Of a DNA stretch of 64,000 nucleotides, positions 8,773 through 19,418 are shown in pieces. The DNA lies in the IMG/VR virus record IMGVR_UViG_3300006794_000002; one strand, written 5' to 3'. The stretch is from a virus (Duplodnaviria > Heunggongvirae > Uroviricota > Caudoviricetes). Below the pieces are notes generated by a model. It did no database searches. It was given only the letters and a program-made list of their open reading frames with translations, and had not been told where the DNA came from. Both the position numbers and the translations under genes were made by a program. Within the stretch, counting starts at the first letter, position 1, and every line of letters begins with the position of its first letter.

Positions 8773-11700
8773 TAGATAGACACCATACTTGTCTCGCCAG
8801 TCTCAGTCCAGTTCAGATCGACATTTAGGTTGCCACCTTGCTGCCACTTATACTGTGGGCCTTCGAACTCGGCATCCCAAACATCACCGAACGGTGACTT
8901 CAAGATGTGCGGTCCCTTGTTTTTAGTCAAGTAGTCCAGAATCCTTCGGCCAAGAATGGTTTCGTTGATCGTTACCTGTGGGTCTTCAGGCGAAGGAACC
9001 TCTTGGTTTATGTAGACCATAGAAATCGTTCCTTCATTTCCTAGGACGAACCCTCGGATAACAACCTTTCTGTCTGAGCCAAGCGTTTCGAATGACTCCT
9101 GCTGAACGATTCTCTGGTGAGACTCATCGCTTACAGGAAGTTCTTGGATATGCTCTTCGTTCCTGTCGGCACCGACGAACATCCACACATCACTCGACAA
9201 CTGCGTTTCCGCAATGTTACCGCCATCGGGATCGTCGCCAGATTCAAGTTCAATACCCACGCCTGTCTTAGTGGTTACGACGGTCAATTTGTACTCGTAT
9301 AGAACGCCTTGACCCGCGTACCAGTCGTCGTATGTGGTGAGCGTTCTTCCCGAAGTAGAGCCAATGTAAGTCCATTCGTCGTCCCCGCTCAGCCTCTTGT
9401 AGACGTTGTATGCGACGAAGGTGTGATTGGTCTTCATTGTCGCAGCGGTCCAGTTCAATTCAATAACAGACCTGTCTTCAACAGCGGTAGGCGAAAGGCC
9501 AGTGATAGGATCAGGGGCGTCTAGCAAGACCCACACGCGGTTTGTTTGTGGCGTTGGGTCTTCTAGGTTGTCCGCGTTAATTACGGCCAGTCGTATCTCA
9601 TAGACTTCATTGTTCTGGAAGTAGTTGCTTTCAAACTGGTAGTCGAAGCCACTGCTTCCCATTATCTTGTAGACATTAGCAATAGGTGACAGAATTTCAC
9701 TATCTGTTCCAGCGAGTTTCTCTTCAGCGGTAGCCGTGTTGTCTACCACCTTAAAGACCAATAGGCGAATAGCGTACTGATCCGAACCACTCTGAGCGTC
9801 ATACGTCCATGTTACTGTAGGACGAACCACGTTTACAGTAGAACCTTCTGATGGTGTCATCCCGGTTGAGTTAGGCTGGATCGCGGCGCGGAAAGTTTGG
9901 TAAGAACTATATGCTCCCCACTCTCCCTTCGAATCCATGAACCTAGTCTTCCATCGATAATCGACCGCGTAAGACAGCGTGTTCTGCGTGCCAAGCGCAA
10001 GGTTAGACCTGTACGTGTAACTGTTAACTCCAACAAGAAGTCCGGAAGTTACCGTGATAGTCGCCTTGTTTGTGTAAGGACTGTCATTCAGTTCGACAAC
10101 AATCTCCCATTCTGTAGGGTAGTCACCGACAACAGCGATATCATCGTCATTAAAGCGTGCTTCGAAAACAGGCAGTAGGCTTTCCACAAGAACCTCGCCT
10201 TGATCCGGCTTCAGTTCTGTCGGTACGCTAGGCACACTGTTCAAGCGGAATCTCTTCTTGCTAGCCCAATTGCCAATAGGCCCGTTGGTCGTCTTCTGGT
10301 ATCTTGCCTCCCACCAGTAGTAGCCTCCGGTAAGCGCTGTTCCGGCGTACGTGATCGTTCCGGTTGTAGCATTGGCTACGTTGGTCATGGTTGAATCCCA
10401 AATCAACGTAGTACCGTTTGAGGCGTACACTCTCACTTGCATCTGATCGATGGTGTCAGTGCCAGCGCGAGTGATTGTGAAGTCAGGAGTGCTGTCTGTT
10501 ATCCACTGGTCATTTGTAGGAGTTGTTAGTGTTGGCGTGCCAGCAGAGTCCATCGTGAACGATGCAAGACCAGACCAGTCAGACCAGATTGAGCCAGCAG
10601 TCACGAAGACTCGCGCTCTCCACTTGTATGTTGTGTTCCACTCTAGGGCTGTAACAGTATCAGCGGCCAAGGTAAATACCCAAGGACCGGAACCAGATAG
10701 AGTTGCGGTCTGTGTTCCAGACGAGTAGTACGGAGTGCCTAGGTTAGCCGTTGTTGCTGTGCTAGGATAAACCTCAATCTGGTAACTGTTAAATGCAGAC
10801 GACGTTCTCTGGCCGACAAACGCAGGACGCAGAGGGTTTGATCCTCCACCCTGAATTCCAGTTCCCAAAGGAGAAGTCTGAGTAGGAACCGTAGCGTCAG
10901 ACTGAACCTTGAATCGCTTCAAAGCGCTGTAGGCAGATGTTCCTCCGACAGACGAAGTGATCCTTGCTTTCCACTGGTAGAATGCACCCGTAGACAGAGC
11001 AGAACCAGAGTAGACCTTTGAGAACGTAGCACCACTGCTTATTCCGGTGGTAAGCGTTCCTGAGTCCCAAATCTGAGTCAGGCTGTCGTCATATAGGATG
11101 ATCTGGTAACTAGTTATAACGTCTGTAGAGTTTGCCCTGTTACCCGTCAATGTTGGGGTAGTCGTAGGCGCTACTTCGTCGTCAGCCGGTGCAAGGCTGA
11201 TAGGCGCACCAGCCGCGTGAGTAGTAAACGTAACCCAACCCGAATACGAACCCCAAGCATTGTTCGCATCCTTTGTACGTGCCTTGACTCGGAACGAAGT
11301 TCCCCAAGCGTTTGCATCATCAGGGTCGGTCAGTGTGGCAAGAGCAATTTGCTTTGTGGTCGCCCATTCACCAGATGAAAGGTCAACTGCACCAGAGTCG
11401 TAGACCTGAGTGCTGCCTACCTTTTCAACGATGATCTGGTAGCCGTGCTGAACGGTATCACCCGGATCGGGATCGTTGTGGGTAATAACCACAGTAGGTG
11501 TTAACGTTCCGACATCTGTACTTGGAGTTTCTAGGATTGAGACAGTCGGTGCGTTAGGCGGAGTGTTAGGTAGGAAGTAATCGTACTGGTTCCAAGGACT
11601 CCACAATCCACCGCTATCCATGACCAAGCACGCCCAATGGTACTTCGTGTTTCCAACCAGCGCTACCGGGGGAGTAATGAGTTGTGTTGGTGTCGCGGCA

Positions 11701-12596
11701 TACTGATAGTTAAACGTTGTCGGATGACCTGTAGGAGCAAACTGAGCATCCCACATGGTTACACCATCTGATGATCGGTAGACCTTTATTGCCACGCGAG
11801 TGATGTAGTCGCCAGCATCAGGATCGCTTATCTGTCCAGAGAAAGTAGGAGTAAGCGTATTGACAATCGTAGGTGAACCGGACGAACCGCTAGGGCTTCG
11901 GCCAGTTTCAGGTACGGCATTCGGTCTGGTGTTTGAGTTGTATGTAACGACAATGTATGGTGTTCTACCAGAGGTATAGTCTCGGCTGTAGATGTCCACA
12001 CCCTTTGCCGATGAAGTCTCGTTAGTGTTAACAAAGATCACACCATAGTTAGGCGCGTCACTTCGAACACCCTTAGAGTGATTCCACCAAGCGGTAACTA
12101 TGTCGGTAACATCAACTGTTTCCCAATGGTCGTCGGCCTGAGTAAACGAAGCCGTGGCCGATCCCTCTGTAACCCAATTTGTTTGGCTGCTGCCGTTAAC
12201 CTGAAGAGCATTCTTGTTGAAAGCATAAGTTCCGCCACCAGTCCAAGTGTTCTCAGCGGGGTGAGGCGTCTCGCCCCAATCCCGAACCATGCGGTAGATG
12301 TCGAACGACAATGCTGTTCCGCCTGTCGGCTTGCAGTGTGCAACGCTGTTGGATATATCGTTGTCTCGCTGCATGAAGTGAAGAACGGCGCTTTCGATTG
12401 TGGTCATGCCGGTAAAGGAGATGGGGAAGTAGGCAAAACTTCTACCTACTGCATCCCAAACGCTTGATCCGAACTTACCTATAGGGCCGTGTTCTTCTTC
12501 TCCGTTCCAACCACTAAAGGTTGTTGCAGCATCCAAATCTGCTGGTGCGCGAGTTGCGCTGGCGTCTTTAGTTGACGTTACTGTTACTGTAGGCAT
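8772..12596 (-). CDS. large minor tail protein (1274 aa; possible central fibre / host-specificity protein)
   Basis: Immediately downstream of the tape measure. Long Thr/Ser/Gly-rich β-repeat-like sequence. Confidence 0.5.
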   Translation of the reverse strand: MPTVTVTSTKDASATRAPADLDAATTFSGWNGEEEHGPIGKFGSSVWDAVGRSFAYFPISFTGMTTIESAVLHFMQRDNDISNSVAHCKPTGGTALSFDIYRMVRDWGETPHPAENTWTGGGTYAFNKNALQVNGSSQTNWVTEGSATASFTQADDHWETVDVTDIVTAWWNHSKGVRSDAPNYGVIFVNTNETSSAKGVDIYSRDYTSGRTPYIVVTYNSNTRPNAVPETGRSPSGSSGSPTIVNTLTPTFSGQISDPDAGDYITRVAIKVYRSSDGVTMWDAQFAPTGHPTTFNYQYAATPTQLITPPVALVGNTKYHWACLVMDSGGLWSPWNQYDYFLPNTPPNAPTVSILETPSTDVGTLTPTVVITHNDPDPGDTVQHGYQIIVEKVGSTQVYDSGAVDLSSGEWATTKQIALATLTDPDDANAWGTSFRVKARTKDANNAWGSYSGWVTFTTHAAGAPISLAPADDEVAPTTTPTLTGNRANSTDVITSYQIILYDDSLTQIWDSGTLTTGISSGATFSKVYSGSALSTGAFYQWKARITSSVGGTSAYSALKRFKVQSDATVPTQTSPLGTGIQGGGSNPLRPAFVGQRTSSAFNSYQIEVYPSTATTANLGTPYYSSGTQTATLSGSGPWVFTLAADTVTALEWNTTYKWRARVFVTAGSIWSDWSGLASFTMDSAGTPTLTTPTNDQWITDSTPDFTITRAGTDTIDQMQVRVYASNGTTLIWDSTMTNVANATTGTITYAGTALTGGYYWWEARYQKTTNGPIGNWASKKRFRLNSVPSVPTELKPDQGEVLVESLLPVFEARFNDDDIAVVGDYPTEWEIVVELNDSPYTNKATITVTSGLLVGVNSYTYRSNLALGTQNTLSYAVDYRWKTRFMDSKGEWGAYSSYQTFRAAIQPNSTGMTPSEGSTVNVVRPTVTWTYDAQSGSDQYAIRLLVFKVVDNTATAEEKLAGTDSEILSPIANVYKIMGSSGFDYQFESNYFQNNEVYEIRLAVINADNLEDPTPQTNRVWVLLDAPDPITGLSPTAVEDRSVIELNWTAATMKTNHTFVAYNVYKRLSGDDEWTYIGSTSGRTLTTYDDWYAGQGVLYEYKLTVVTTKTGVGIELESGDDPDGGNIAETQLSSDVWMFVGADRNEEHIQELPVSDESHQRIVQQESFETLGSDRKVVIRGFVLGNEGTISMVYINQEVPSPEDPQVTINETILGRRILDYLTKNKGPHILKSPFGDVWDAEFEGPQYKWQQGGNLNVDLNWTETGETSMVSI

Positions 12597-15500
12597 TTAA
12601 CTTACTGTTACCATATGTTCGATATCCGCCAGAACGAGAGCGTCCATTACGCCCTTTCTGATTGCGGCCTGTGTTACACGGTTGACGCTTCCATCCTTGC
12701 TTTCAACGTCAATGTGGATTTCAATCTTTCTCTTTGTGACATCTGTTACTGTCGCGTCTCCGCGAGTGTCTCCTTCGTTCGGGCCATTACCGTTGCCATT
12801 ACCGTTTCCGTTTCTGCCGTGGCGACCAGTGTGGATATGGTCGATCTTCCACTTGTAGTCAGAGATGTACTGCTCAAACTCGCGCTTGCGTAGTTTCTCT
12901 TCCTCAGTTAGACCACCAACAAGAAGTCTGCGAATCTTTTCCTTCAACTGGCTGATCTTTTCTCGCCACTCACGAATGGTACCTAGGAAATTGTCAACCG
13001 GCGTGTTGCCCTTTCCGGGCTTGCCGTTCTTTCCAGTCTCGCCACCAGTCGTTCCCTTGCCACCGTTGTTGCCAGTTCCGGAGCCATCCTTTCCGCCCTT
13101 GCCATCCTTTCCGCCCTTGTCGTCCCTTCCGTTCAACTTTCGAACAAGTTTATCGATGCGGTCTTGCTGACGCTGTATCTGTCGTTCGTAATAACCGTAG
13201 TCGTCTGGACGATTAAGTTTCTGTAGATGCACTAGCCACTTGCGAGCCGCAGCCAGTTCCTTACGAATCTTTTCTAGTGGGTGCTTGGTCTTCTTGGTTG
13301 TTTCGTCAACAGCCTTAGCCAGCGCCGTACCCCATGTATCACCAATAGATTGACCACCGCGATCAGGGTGCTGTAGCGGGCCAGCCTCAGGAAGAGAACC
13401 ACCTAGTTGCGCGTGAACATTATCTAGTTTGGTTGTAAAGGCACTCCACTTGGAGTTGATGCCAGCAATGATTCCCATCATCCACGAAGAACCGATTGAA
13501 TGACCACCGTTGTAAGCGGTAGAGATTCCATCGTCTGTTTTTCCAAGGATGGTGTTCATGGTGTTTGTGAAGTTAACCGTTGCAGTGTTTATACCGCTAA
13601 CGATACCGTTAACTATCGCGGTGCCAATAGGCATCGACAAGCCCGGAATTGCAGGGAGCGCGTTAGTTATTCCTGTCTGAACTACGTTCGTAACACCCTG
13701 CTTGATTTGATCCGCTGTTGGCGCACCGGGCGGAAGAACAGGCCCACCGCCATTTCCTCCACCACCGCCACCCGGCCTAGTTGGATCGATACCATTCTTC
13801 CAGTCTTGGAACCACTCGTTGTATAGTTGGCGGTTCTGCTGTGGAGTTACCTGAGGCGGCTTGACCCCCTCGACGCTACCGTTAATGGCAGTCTGTAGAA
13901 GAGCGGTAATAGCATCAATATCTTCCTGAGGAATGTTCAACTGAGACTGGCTCTGAATCCACGAAAGGATGCCCTGAGCGATGGTAGGGTCTAGTTGAGC
14001 AAAGTACGCGGGATCGACTGAAGTGACATCATTAATGAATCCTTCAAGTTCGTTCTGCGCCCGCGTGGTATCGCCGTTCTTAATTGCTTCCTGAATACCA
14101 CCGATAACCGGAGTAACGAAGTTGTTGGTGTACCAATCGAAGGCCATTTGACGGGCAACAGTGTCGTCTGTCTGGTGCATGGCGAACAGTATTGTCGGAT
14201 CAGCGGCTTGCTTAATCAACTTGGTAATCGAAGCCTTGTCGCCAAACTTGGCAGGATTGTCCAGACGCTTCTGAAGTTCCTTGGTTAGTTCCTTGAAACT
14301 CTTTCGGATGCCGCCAGTGACAACGCTGATGAAGTTCTCACGGGTACTCTTTAGGAAGTCCGAGAATGCAGTGTCTAGGTTGTCGCCGGTCTTGTCACTT
14401 GCGTTTAGGATGTCTAGCATAGACTGAGCATCCAGCGATCCCAACTGAGCCAACTGCTCTAGCCATGCCTTCCAGCCTTCTTGCAGCGCCTTAGGGTAGG
14501 TGCCGAAGTCCCCGTTCTTGATTGCGTTTTCAAGGTTGCCCGAATCAAGACCATTTACCTGACTCTCAAAGATCAGTCTGTAGATTTCGTCAGGTGTCTT
14601 GTTCTGGCCGAGCCTTGTAGCCATCTCTAGTTGGTTAGCAATCTCGTCCCACTCAGGAGCAACCTGAGCGAACGTGTCACCGATGAATCGTGTTAGTAAG
14701 GCACTGAACTTCTTAGCAGTGTTGCTGATAAACTCAGAACTCTGCGATCCAAGTTCGATTGCGGCAATCGCATCCTCTTGTGCTTGGAACACTCCGTCAG
14801 TAAGAGCCTTAATCGTTTCATCTGATAGTAGACCCTTAGCAACAAGGTCAGCAATTGTAGTACCGAACGGGCCAACCTGAGCATTGATGATTCCTTCCCA
14901 ATCCCCAACGCTCTGAGGGTTGACGGAATCAATTATGCCTTGGACTAGCGGTGTCCAGAACTTTTGAGCGTTTAGGCGCTCAGCCTCTTGCTGCGCGGCT
15001 TCGCTGAAGAAGGTGTTCTTGAACTCGTCAAGGGTTATGCCCCAATCGTCTGCAAGGCTTACTCCTAGTTTAGTTCCTAGGGTCTTGTACGCTGCTTCGA
15101 TTGCGCTATCGCTTAGGCCCGGATCAAGTTGTGAGACTTCAGCAGCGAACGACTTCATCAGTTCGTCACTGCCAGTCAGCACACTGTTAGCAATCGAGTT
15201 TGTCTTAGACATCTCTTCGAAGAACAAGTCGTACTGAATCTGGTAGTCGCCGCCGTTCCTAATGATTTCAGCGTTTACCTTGTCAACGTAGCCCTTCCAG
15301 CCGTCAAGAATGGTCTTGCTGGTTTCTTCAAGCAACTTGTGGTATGCCTCGTCGGTCATACTGTTGATCTTGTCTATATCGTTAGCAATGCTTAGGCGCG
15401 AAGGCAGACCCGGAACTAGTGAGATGCCGTATGACTCAGCCGTTCCCGGTGCAGGAGCCTGTGTGTTGTCTAGGAAGTTCTTAGCCTGTGCGCGTTGAAT

Positions 15501-18500
15501 TGCGGCCTGTGCGTCGATCTGCGCTGCTGCGACACGACGAGCCATCTGCTCCGCTGCATCTGCTTGCTCACCGAAGGCGGCGGCTGAAGCCTTAGTCGTT
15601 GCGATAAGGTCATCCATTGACTTGTTTGCATTGCCGATCCACTCTACCAACAACGACAAACCGACCACTACCAAACCAACGCCGGTAGCAGCCCAAGCCG
15701 CTCTTGCCGCTGCCGCTATTCCACGGAAGCCTGTTGCGATTAGTCCCTGTATAGCGGGGATCACACCCATGGCGGCGCTCGTACCTGAGAACTTAATCAT
15801 CTCGATACGCGCAGCCAGCACTGCTAGTTGAACCTTTTCAACGATGCCCTTTATCAAGCCCCACTGAGTAAACATTCTGATTAGGGACGTTAGGATCGCT
15901 GCCCCAAGAATGATACCTAGAATCTTGCCTAGCCCACCAAGAGCGTCGGACACACCGCCTATGCTATCAACGATCTTTCCGAATCCATCTACCAGTTGGG
16001 CGGTGACAACAATCGCGTCAGCAACGCGCCGAACCATAAGGTCGAATACGGTGTTAACTCCGTCCTGAATGTCGCCTAGAACCTTTACTATACTGTCAAG
16101 AACCTTGTTAGCGTCTGAGGCTCCATCAGTCATGATCTTCCAAGCGTCCGTCACACGGACCTTGATGTAGTCAAAGTTCCTCTGAATGGCCTCTAGGATG
16201 GCTATAACGGCCCCTAGAGCGCCGATAAATACCTTTACGCCTCCACGGGCCATGGCAGCGAAATTAGCCTCTGCTGCGCCCGCTTCTGTGCCTACGGCCT
16301 TGATCGACTTGCCAACATCCTTTGCCGAAACAACGATGCCGTCTAGAACGTTTTTGTACTTGCCACCGTCGATGATTGCGTTCTTGAAGACGTAAGTTAC
16401 AGCGCCAAGTCCCATGACCGCGCCAGCAGCAGCAAGAAGGGCACCGGCTATTCCTGTGACAACGGCGACAAACGCTGCGAACTTAGAGAAGCCCTCGATA
16501 ACCTTTGGATTAGCCTCAGCCCACTGTCGAACGTTATCAACAATCTTGCTTAGGTACTCGATCACTGGCTTAGCCCAATCCGCTATTCCCGAACCGATAG
16601 ATACTTTCAAGCCTTCCCATGTGCGCTGCATTCCGCCGACTACAGCCTTCCACGAGTCTGATATGCCCTTCCAGTTTTCCTCAAAGTACTTATGTGGGTC
16701 GCCGTGGAATAGGTCGAACTTCGCTAGGTCAGGCATTCCGGTCTGGATGCGGCGAATCTCGCGGTCAACCAAGGCCAGTAGAACAGGAACAGAGTTAGCC
16801 GTTGACATCACGCCAAGAAGATTCTTGCGCTGAGCATCACCCAAGTCCATGGTCATAGCGGCCAGAACGTGAATCTGATTCTTTATACCGGCGTACTTGC
16901 CCTCAGGGAAAACGGCCTCGTAGTACGATCCGTATTTAGTTACGTCTTGGATTCTTGCCTGAACAGCGTCGTCCATCTCGCTGAAGCCAGCAAGGAATCC
17001 TTGGAAGGTGCCCTCTAGCGCTTCCTTTGCTTGCTTGCTTGGCTTAACCAACTGAATGAAGATTTGTCGGATGGCTCGACCCGCCATCGTTCCTCGCATA
17101 CCAAGGTCAGCAAGATCGCCAAGTTGCTGTAGGACATCTTCGAACTTAACGCCTAGCGATGCGGCGACAGGACCAACCATCTTGAAGGACTGGATTAGGT
17201 CGCCAAACTCGGCAGCGGTCTTCTGAGTTGCGTAGAACAACTTCTCTACAACGTCAGTCGTCTTAGATAGGTCGCCATGGTAGAATTGTGTGATGACCGA
17301 GTACACGCCCTTTAGAGCAGCCTCAAAGCCAACCTCTGTCATTGTTGCAGCCTTTAGGACTGCTGTGTGTCCCTTAACTAGTTCGTTAAGGTCATCCATA
17401 CTATTGACGACAACACCTGTCATCGATCCCCAATAGTAGAAGCCCTGAGCGATATCCGCGACTGGCAGTAGTTTGATGTCACGCGCAACGTTTAGCGCTG
17501 CGGTTGACAAGGCGCTCAGCCTGTTCTCTATTCCGTTCTCGCCACGACCAAGGAATCCCTTCTGTGCCGCCTCGTCAAAGAATCCGATAGAACCAGCGGC
17601 CCTGCGAATAGCGAAGTCGAAGTCACCGAAGGTCTGCATGACGCTCTTGAATCCATTGAAGATTCCACGAGCAAACCTTTCTAGGTCAGCACCAGCAGCC
17701 TTGAATCTATATGAGGCACGGAGAACAGCGTCCATTTGCTGTTCGAAGAAGGTCAGCCTTCCGGAGACTCGCTGCATGTCTTCGCCCCATCTCTTCTGAG
17801 ATGAGTCGGCGCGGTCAACGGCGGAAGCGTATGACTTGATCTTGCCAGCATCAAGCGCCTTGCCTGTCCTGACTGCTTCAGCAGCGGTCTTAGATAGACC
17901 ACCCTGAAGGCTCTTCAACTCACTATATAGCGCTCTGAATCCTGAGAACTGGTTGCTGTTCCACAGTGTTGAATTCTTTCGCAGAACCTCTAGACGAGCG
18001 ATCAGTGTATCGAGTGCTGCGCGTTGCTGCTTCTCCATAGAGATAGCATCACGAGCGCCAGATACCCACTGCTTAGCAGCAGCAGCCTTAGCAGCAGCCT
18101 CTTGCTTTGACTTTACGATCTGGTCCTGCATCAACTTTGCCTGACGCTCCATCTCCATCTCGTCTGCGACACGAGACTTTACTTGCTTCAGGATTGCGTC
18201 AGTAACCTTAGGGCTGTTGCGTAGGTAGTCGTTTACGCGAGCGGTTAGTTCTTTTTCGTAGGCGGTCGCTGTCTGAGTGACCTTAGAGTATTCAATGCGG
18301 GCACCCTTAGCACCCGAAGTTGCGTTCTTTAGTTTGTCTGTCTGCTGAGCAGTCTTAGACTCTTCCTGTCCGAGTTTCTCAATCGCTTGAAGGGCACGGT
18401 CAAGTTGAGCCTTGGTGTCTGTTAGTTCGGTCTGAAGTTTCTTGAAATCATCAATCAACTTCAATTTGCCAGCAGCACCCTTTCCGAATTCAGCAAGGGT

Positions 18501-18602
18501 GGTCTTCATGTCGTTCAGTTGACGAACAACACCACTCCATGCCTCATCATCGGCAACGGCTAGTCGTAATGTAATTGTTGCGGTACTACTTGCAGCGACC
18601 AT
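12597..18602 (-). CDS. tail tape measure protein (2001 aa)
   Basis: Very long ORF. Coiled-coil N-terminus, central hydrophobic helices, glycine-rich segments and GNGNGNGNG / DGKGGKDGKGG repeats near the C-terminus. Position follows the chaperone ORFs. Confidence 0.8.
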   Translation of the reverse strand: MVAASSTATITLRLAVADDEAWSGVVRQLNDMKTTLAEFGKGAAGKLKLIDDFKKLQTELTDTKAQLDRALQAIEKLGQEESKTAQQTDKLKNATSGAKGARIEYSKVTQTATAYEKELTARVNDYLRNSPKVTDAILKQVKSRVADEMEMERQAKLMQDQIVKSKQEAAAKAAAAKQWVSGARDAISMEKQQRAALDTLIARLEVLRKNSTLWNSNQFSGFRALYSELKSLQGGLSKTAAEAVRTGKALDAGKIKSYASAVDRADSSQKRWGEDMQRVSGRLTFFEQQMDAVLRASYRFKAAGADLERFARGIFNGFKSVMQTFGDFDFAIRRAAGSIGFFDEAAQKGFLGRGENGIENRLSALSTAALNVARDIKLLPVADIAQGFYYWGSMTGVVVNSMDDLNELVKGHTAVLKAATMTEVGFEAALKGVYSVITQFYHGDLSKTTDVVEKLFYATQKTAAEFGDLIQSFKMVGPVAASLGVKFEDVLQQLGDLADLGMRGTMAGRAIRQIFIQLVKPSKQAKEALEGTFQGFLAGFSEMDDAVQARIQDVTKYGSYYEAVFPEGKYAGIKNQIHVLAAMTMDLGDAQRKNLLGVMSTANSVPVLLALVDREIRRIQTGMPDLAKFDLFHGDPHKYFEENWKGISDSWKAVVGGMQRTWEGLKVSIGSGIADWAKPVIEYLSKIVDNVRQWAEANPKVIEGFSKFAAFVAVVTGIAGALLAAAGAVMGLGAVTYVFKNAIIDGGKYKNVLDGIVVSAKDVGKSIKAVGTEAGAAEANFAAMARGGVKVFIGALGAVIAILEAIQRNFDYIKVRVTDAWKIMTDGASDANKVLDSIVKVLGDIQDGVNTVFDLMVRRVADAIVVTAQLVDGFGKIVDSIGGVSDALGGLGKILGIILGAAILTSLIRMFTQWGLIKGIVEKVQLAVLAARIEMIKFSGTSAAMGVIPAIQGLIATGFRGIAAAARAAWAATGVGLVVVGLSLLVEWIGNANKSMDDLIATTKASAAAFGEQADAAEQMARRVAAAQIDAQAAIQRAQAKNFLDNTQAPAPGTAESYGISLVPGLPSRLSIANDIDKINSMTDEAYHKLLEETSKTILDGWKGYVDKVNAEIIRNGGDYQIQYDLFFEEMSKTNSIANSVLTGSDELMKSFAAEVSQLDPGLSDSAIEAAYKTLGTKLGVSLADDWGITLDEFKNTFFSEAAQQEAERLNAQKFWTPLVQGIIDSVNPQSVGDWEGIINAQVGPFGTTIADLVAKGLLSDETIKALTDGVFQAQEDAIAAIELGSQSSEFISNTAKKFSALLTRFIGDTFAQVAPEWDEIANQLEMATRLGQNKTPDEIYRLIFESQVNGLDSGNLENAIKNGDFGTYPKALQEGWKAWLEQLAQLGSLDAQSMLDILNASDKTGDNLDTAFSDFLKSTRENFISVVTGGIRKSFKELTKELQKRLDNPAKFGDKASITKLIKQAADPTILFAMHQTDDTVARQMAFDWYTNNFVTPVIGGIQEAIKNGDTTRAQNELEGFINDVTSVDPAYFAQLDPTIAQGILSWIQSQSQLNIPQEDIDAITALLQTAINGSVEGVKPPQVTPQQNRQLYNEWFQDWKNGIDPTRPGGGGGGNGGGPVLPPGAPTADQIKQGVTNVVQTGITNALPAIPGLSMPIGTAIVNGIVSGINTATVNFTNTMNTILGKTDDGISTAYNGGHSIGSSWMMGIIAGINSKWSAFTTKLDNVHAQLGGSLPEAGPLQHPDRGGQSIGDTWGTALAKAVDETTKKTKHPLEKIRKELAAARKWLVHLQKLNRPDDYGYYERQIQRQQDRIDKLVRKLNGRDDKGGKDGKGGKDGSGTGNNGGKGTTGGETGKNGKPGKGNTPVDNFLGTIREWREKISQLKEKIRRLLVGGLTEEEKLRKREFEQYISDYKWKIDHIHTGRHGRNGNGNGNGNGPNEGDTRGDATVTDVTKRKIEIHIDVESKDGSVNRVTQAAIRKGVMDALVLADIEHMVTVS

Positions 18603-18695
18603 CTTTACCTAGGCACGAAAAAAGAGGCCCACACCAAGACTGCACACATTTAACATCTAGTGTTAACCTTGTGTAGTCCTAGCATGGGCCTCCTG

Positions 18696-18959
18696 TTATT
18701 GCTTCTTTTGAAGCCGGGTGTAAAAGCCCTGTTCGTCGCCCTGTAGGAACGATTCGAAGTAGGCCATTATCCTTTCTGGCTGATCCATGACGCCGCCTTC
18801 GAAGGGCAGCACGGATAAGCCGGTGGTATACATAAGCAACATGCGCCTTCCCTTGCCGCTCTGCATGAACTCGTACTCATATGGAACTTGGTTCCGACAG
18901 AGAACGTAGAGTGAATATGCATCAGCGATTTCGGGATGCTTCTCCATGAAGGAGCGCAT
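18696..18959 (-). CDS. tail assembly chaperone, downstream (T-like) segment
   Basis: Small ORF between the G-like ORF and the tape measure. Its frame stays open upstream to 19028, overlapping the 118-aa ORF end. Confidence 0.45.
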   Translation of the reverse strand: MRSFMEKHPEIADAYSLYVLCRNQVPYEYEFMQSGKGRRMLLMYTTGLSVLPFEGGVMDQPERIMAYFESFLQGDEQGFYTRLQKKQ

Positions 18960-18981
18960 GTTAATGTTCGGAAGCGAAAGG

Positions 18982-19338
18982 TTACTTGCTAGTTCTTTTG
19001 CTTTTAGAACGTTCGTCTTGCGTTGGTGTTAGTCCGTTGAAGTGTTCAATCAATGCAACATCAACTACGGCAGCAGCGCCACGGTCTAGTTCTTGGTAGT
19101 TTTCCGGAGTTGCCGGAACATCCAAACTCCAACCAGTGACAATCATCTCAAACAATGCAGTTGAGAAGTCATCTGCCTGACCCGGCGTGAATCCCTTATC
19201 GGAATCCCAATCAGCCGGTAGTTTGTCTAGAAGCGTTCGGAACTGCTTCTTAGAAACGCCCTGACGGACCTCTAGGTAATCACCCTCGCCTAGATCGAGT
19301 TTGGTGGTTTCGTTTCCCACCAGTTTTAGAACACCCAT
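18982..19338 (-). CDS. tail assembly chaperone (G-like)
   Basis: Acidic 118-aa ORF between the major tail protein and the tape measure. Lys-rich C-terminus (SKSKRTSK) in the overlap zone. Confidence 0.5.
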   Translation of the reverse strand: MGVLKLVGNETTKLDLGEGDYLEVRQGVSKKQFRTLLDKLPADWDSDKGFTPGQADDFSTALFEMIVTGWSLDVPATPENYQELDRGAAAVVDVALIEHFNGLTPTQDERSKSKRTSK

Positions 19339-19418
19339 TTAAGTTTTTCCCTTCTGTGAGGTTAAGTGAGGGGAGCGGCAGCGGCAAGAAGTCACTCCCC
19401 TCAGAGTCAGTAATTCTC

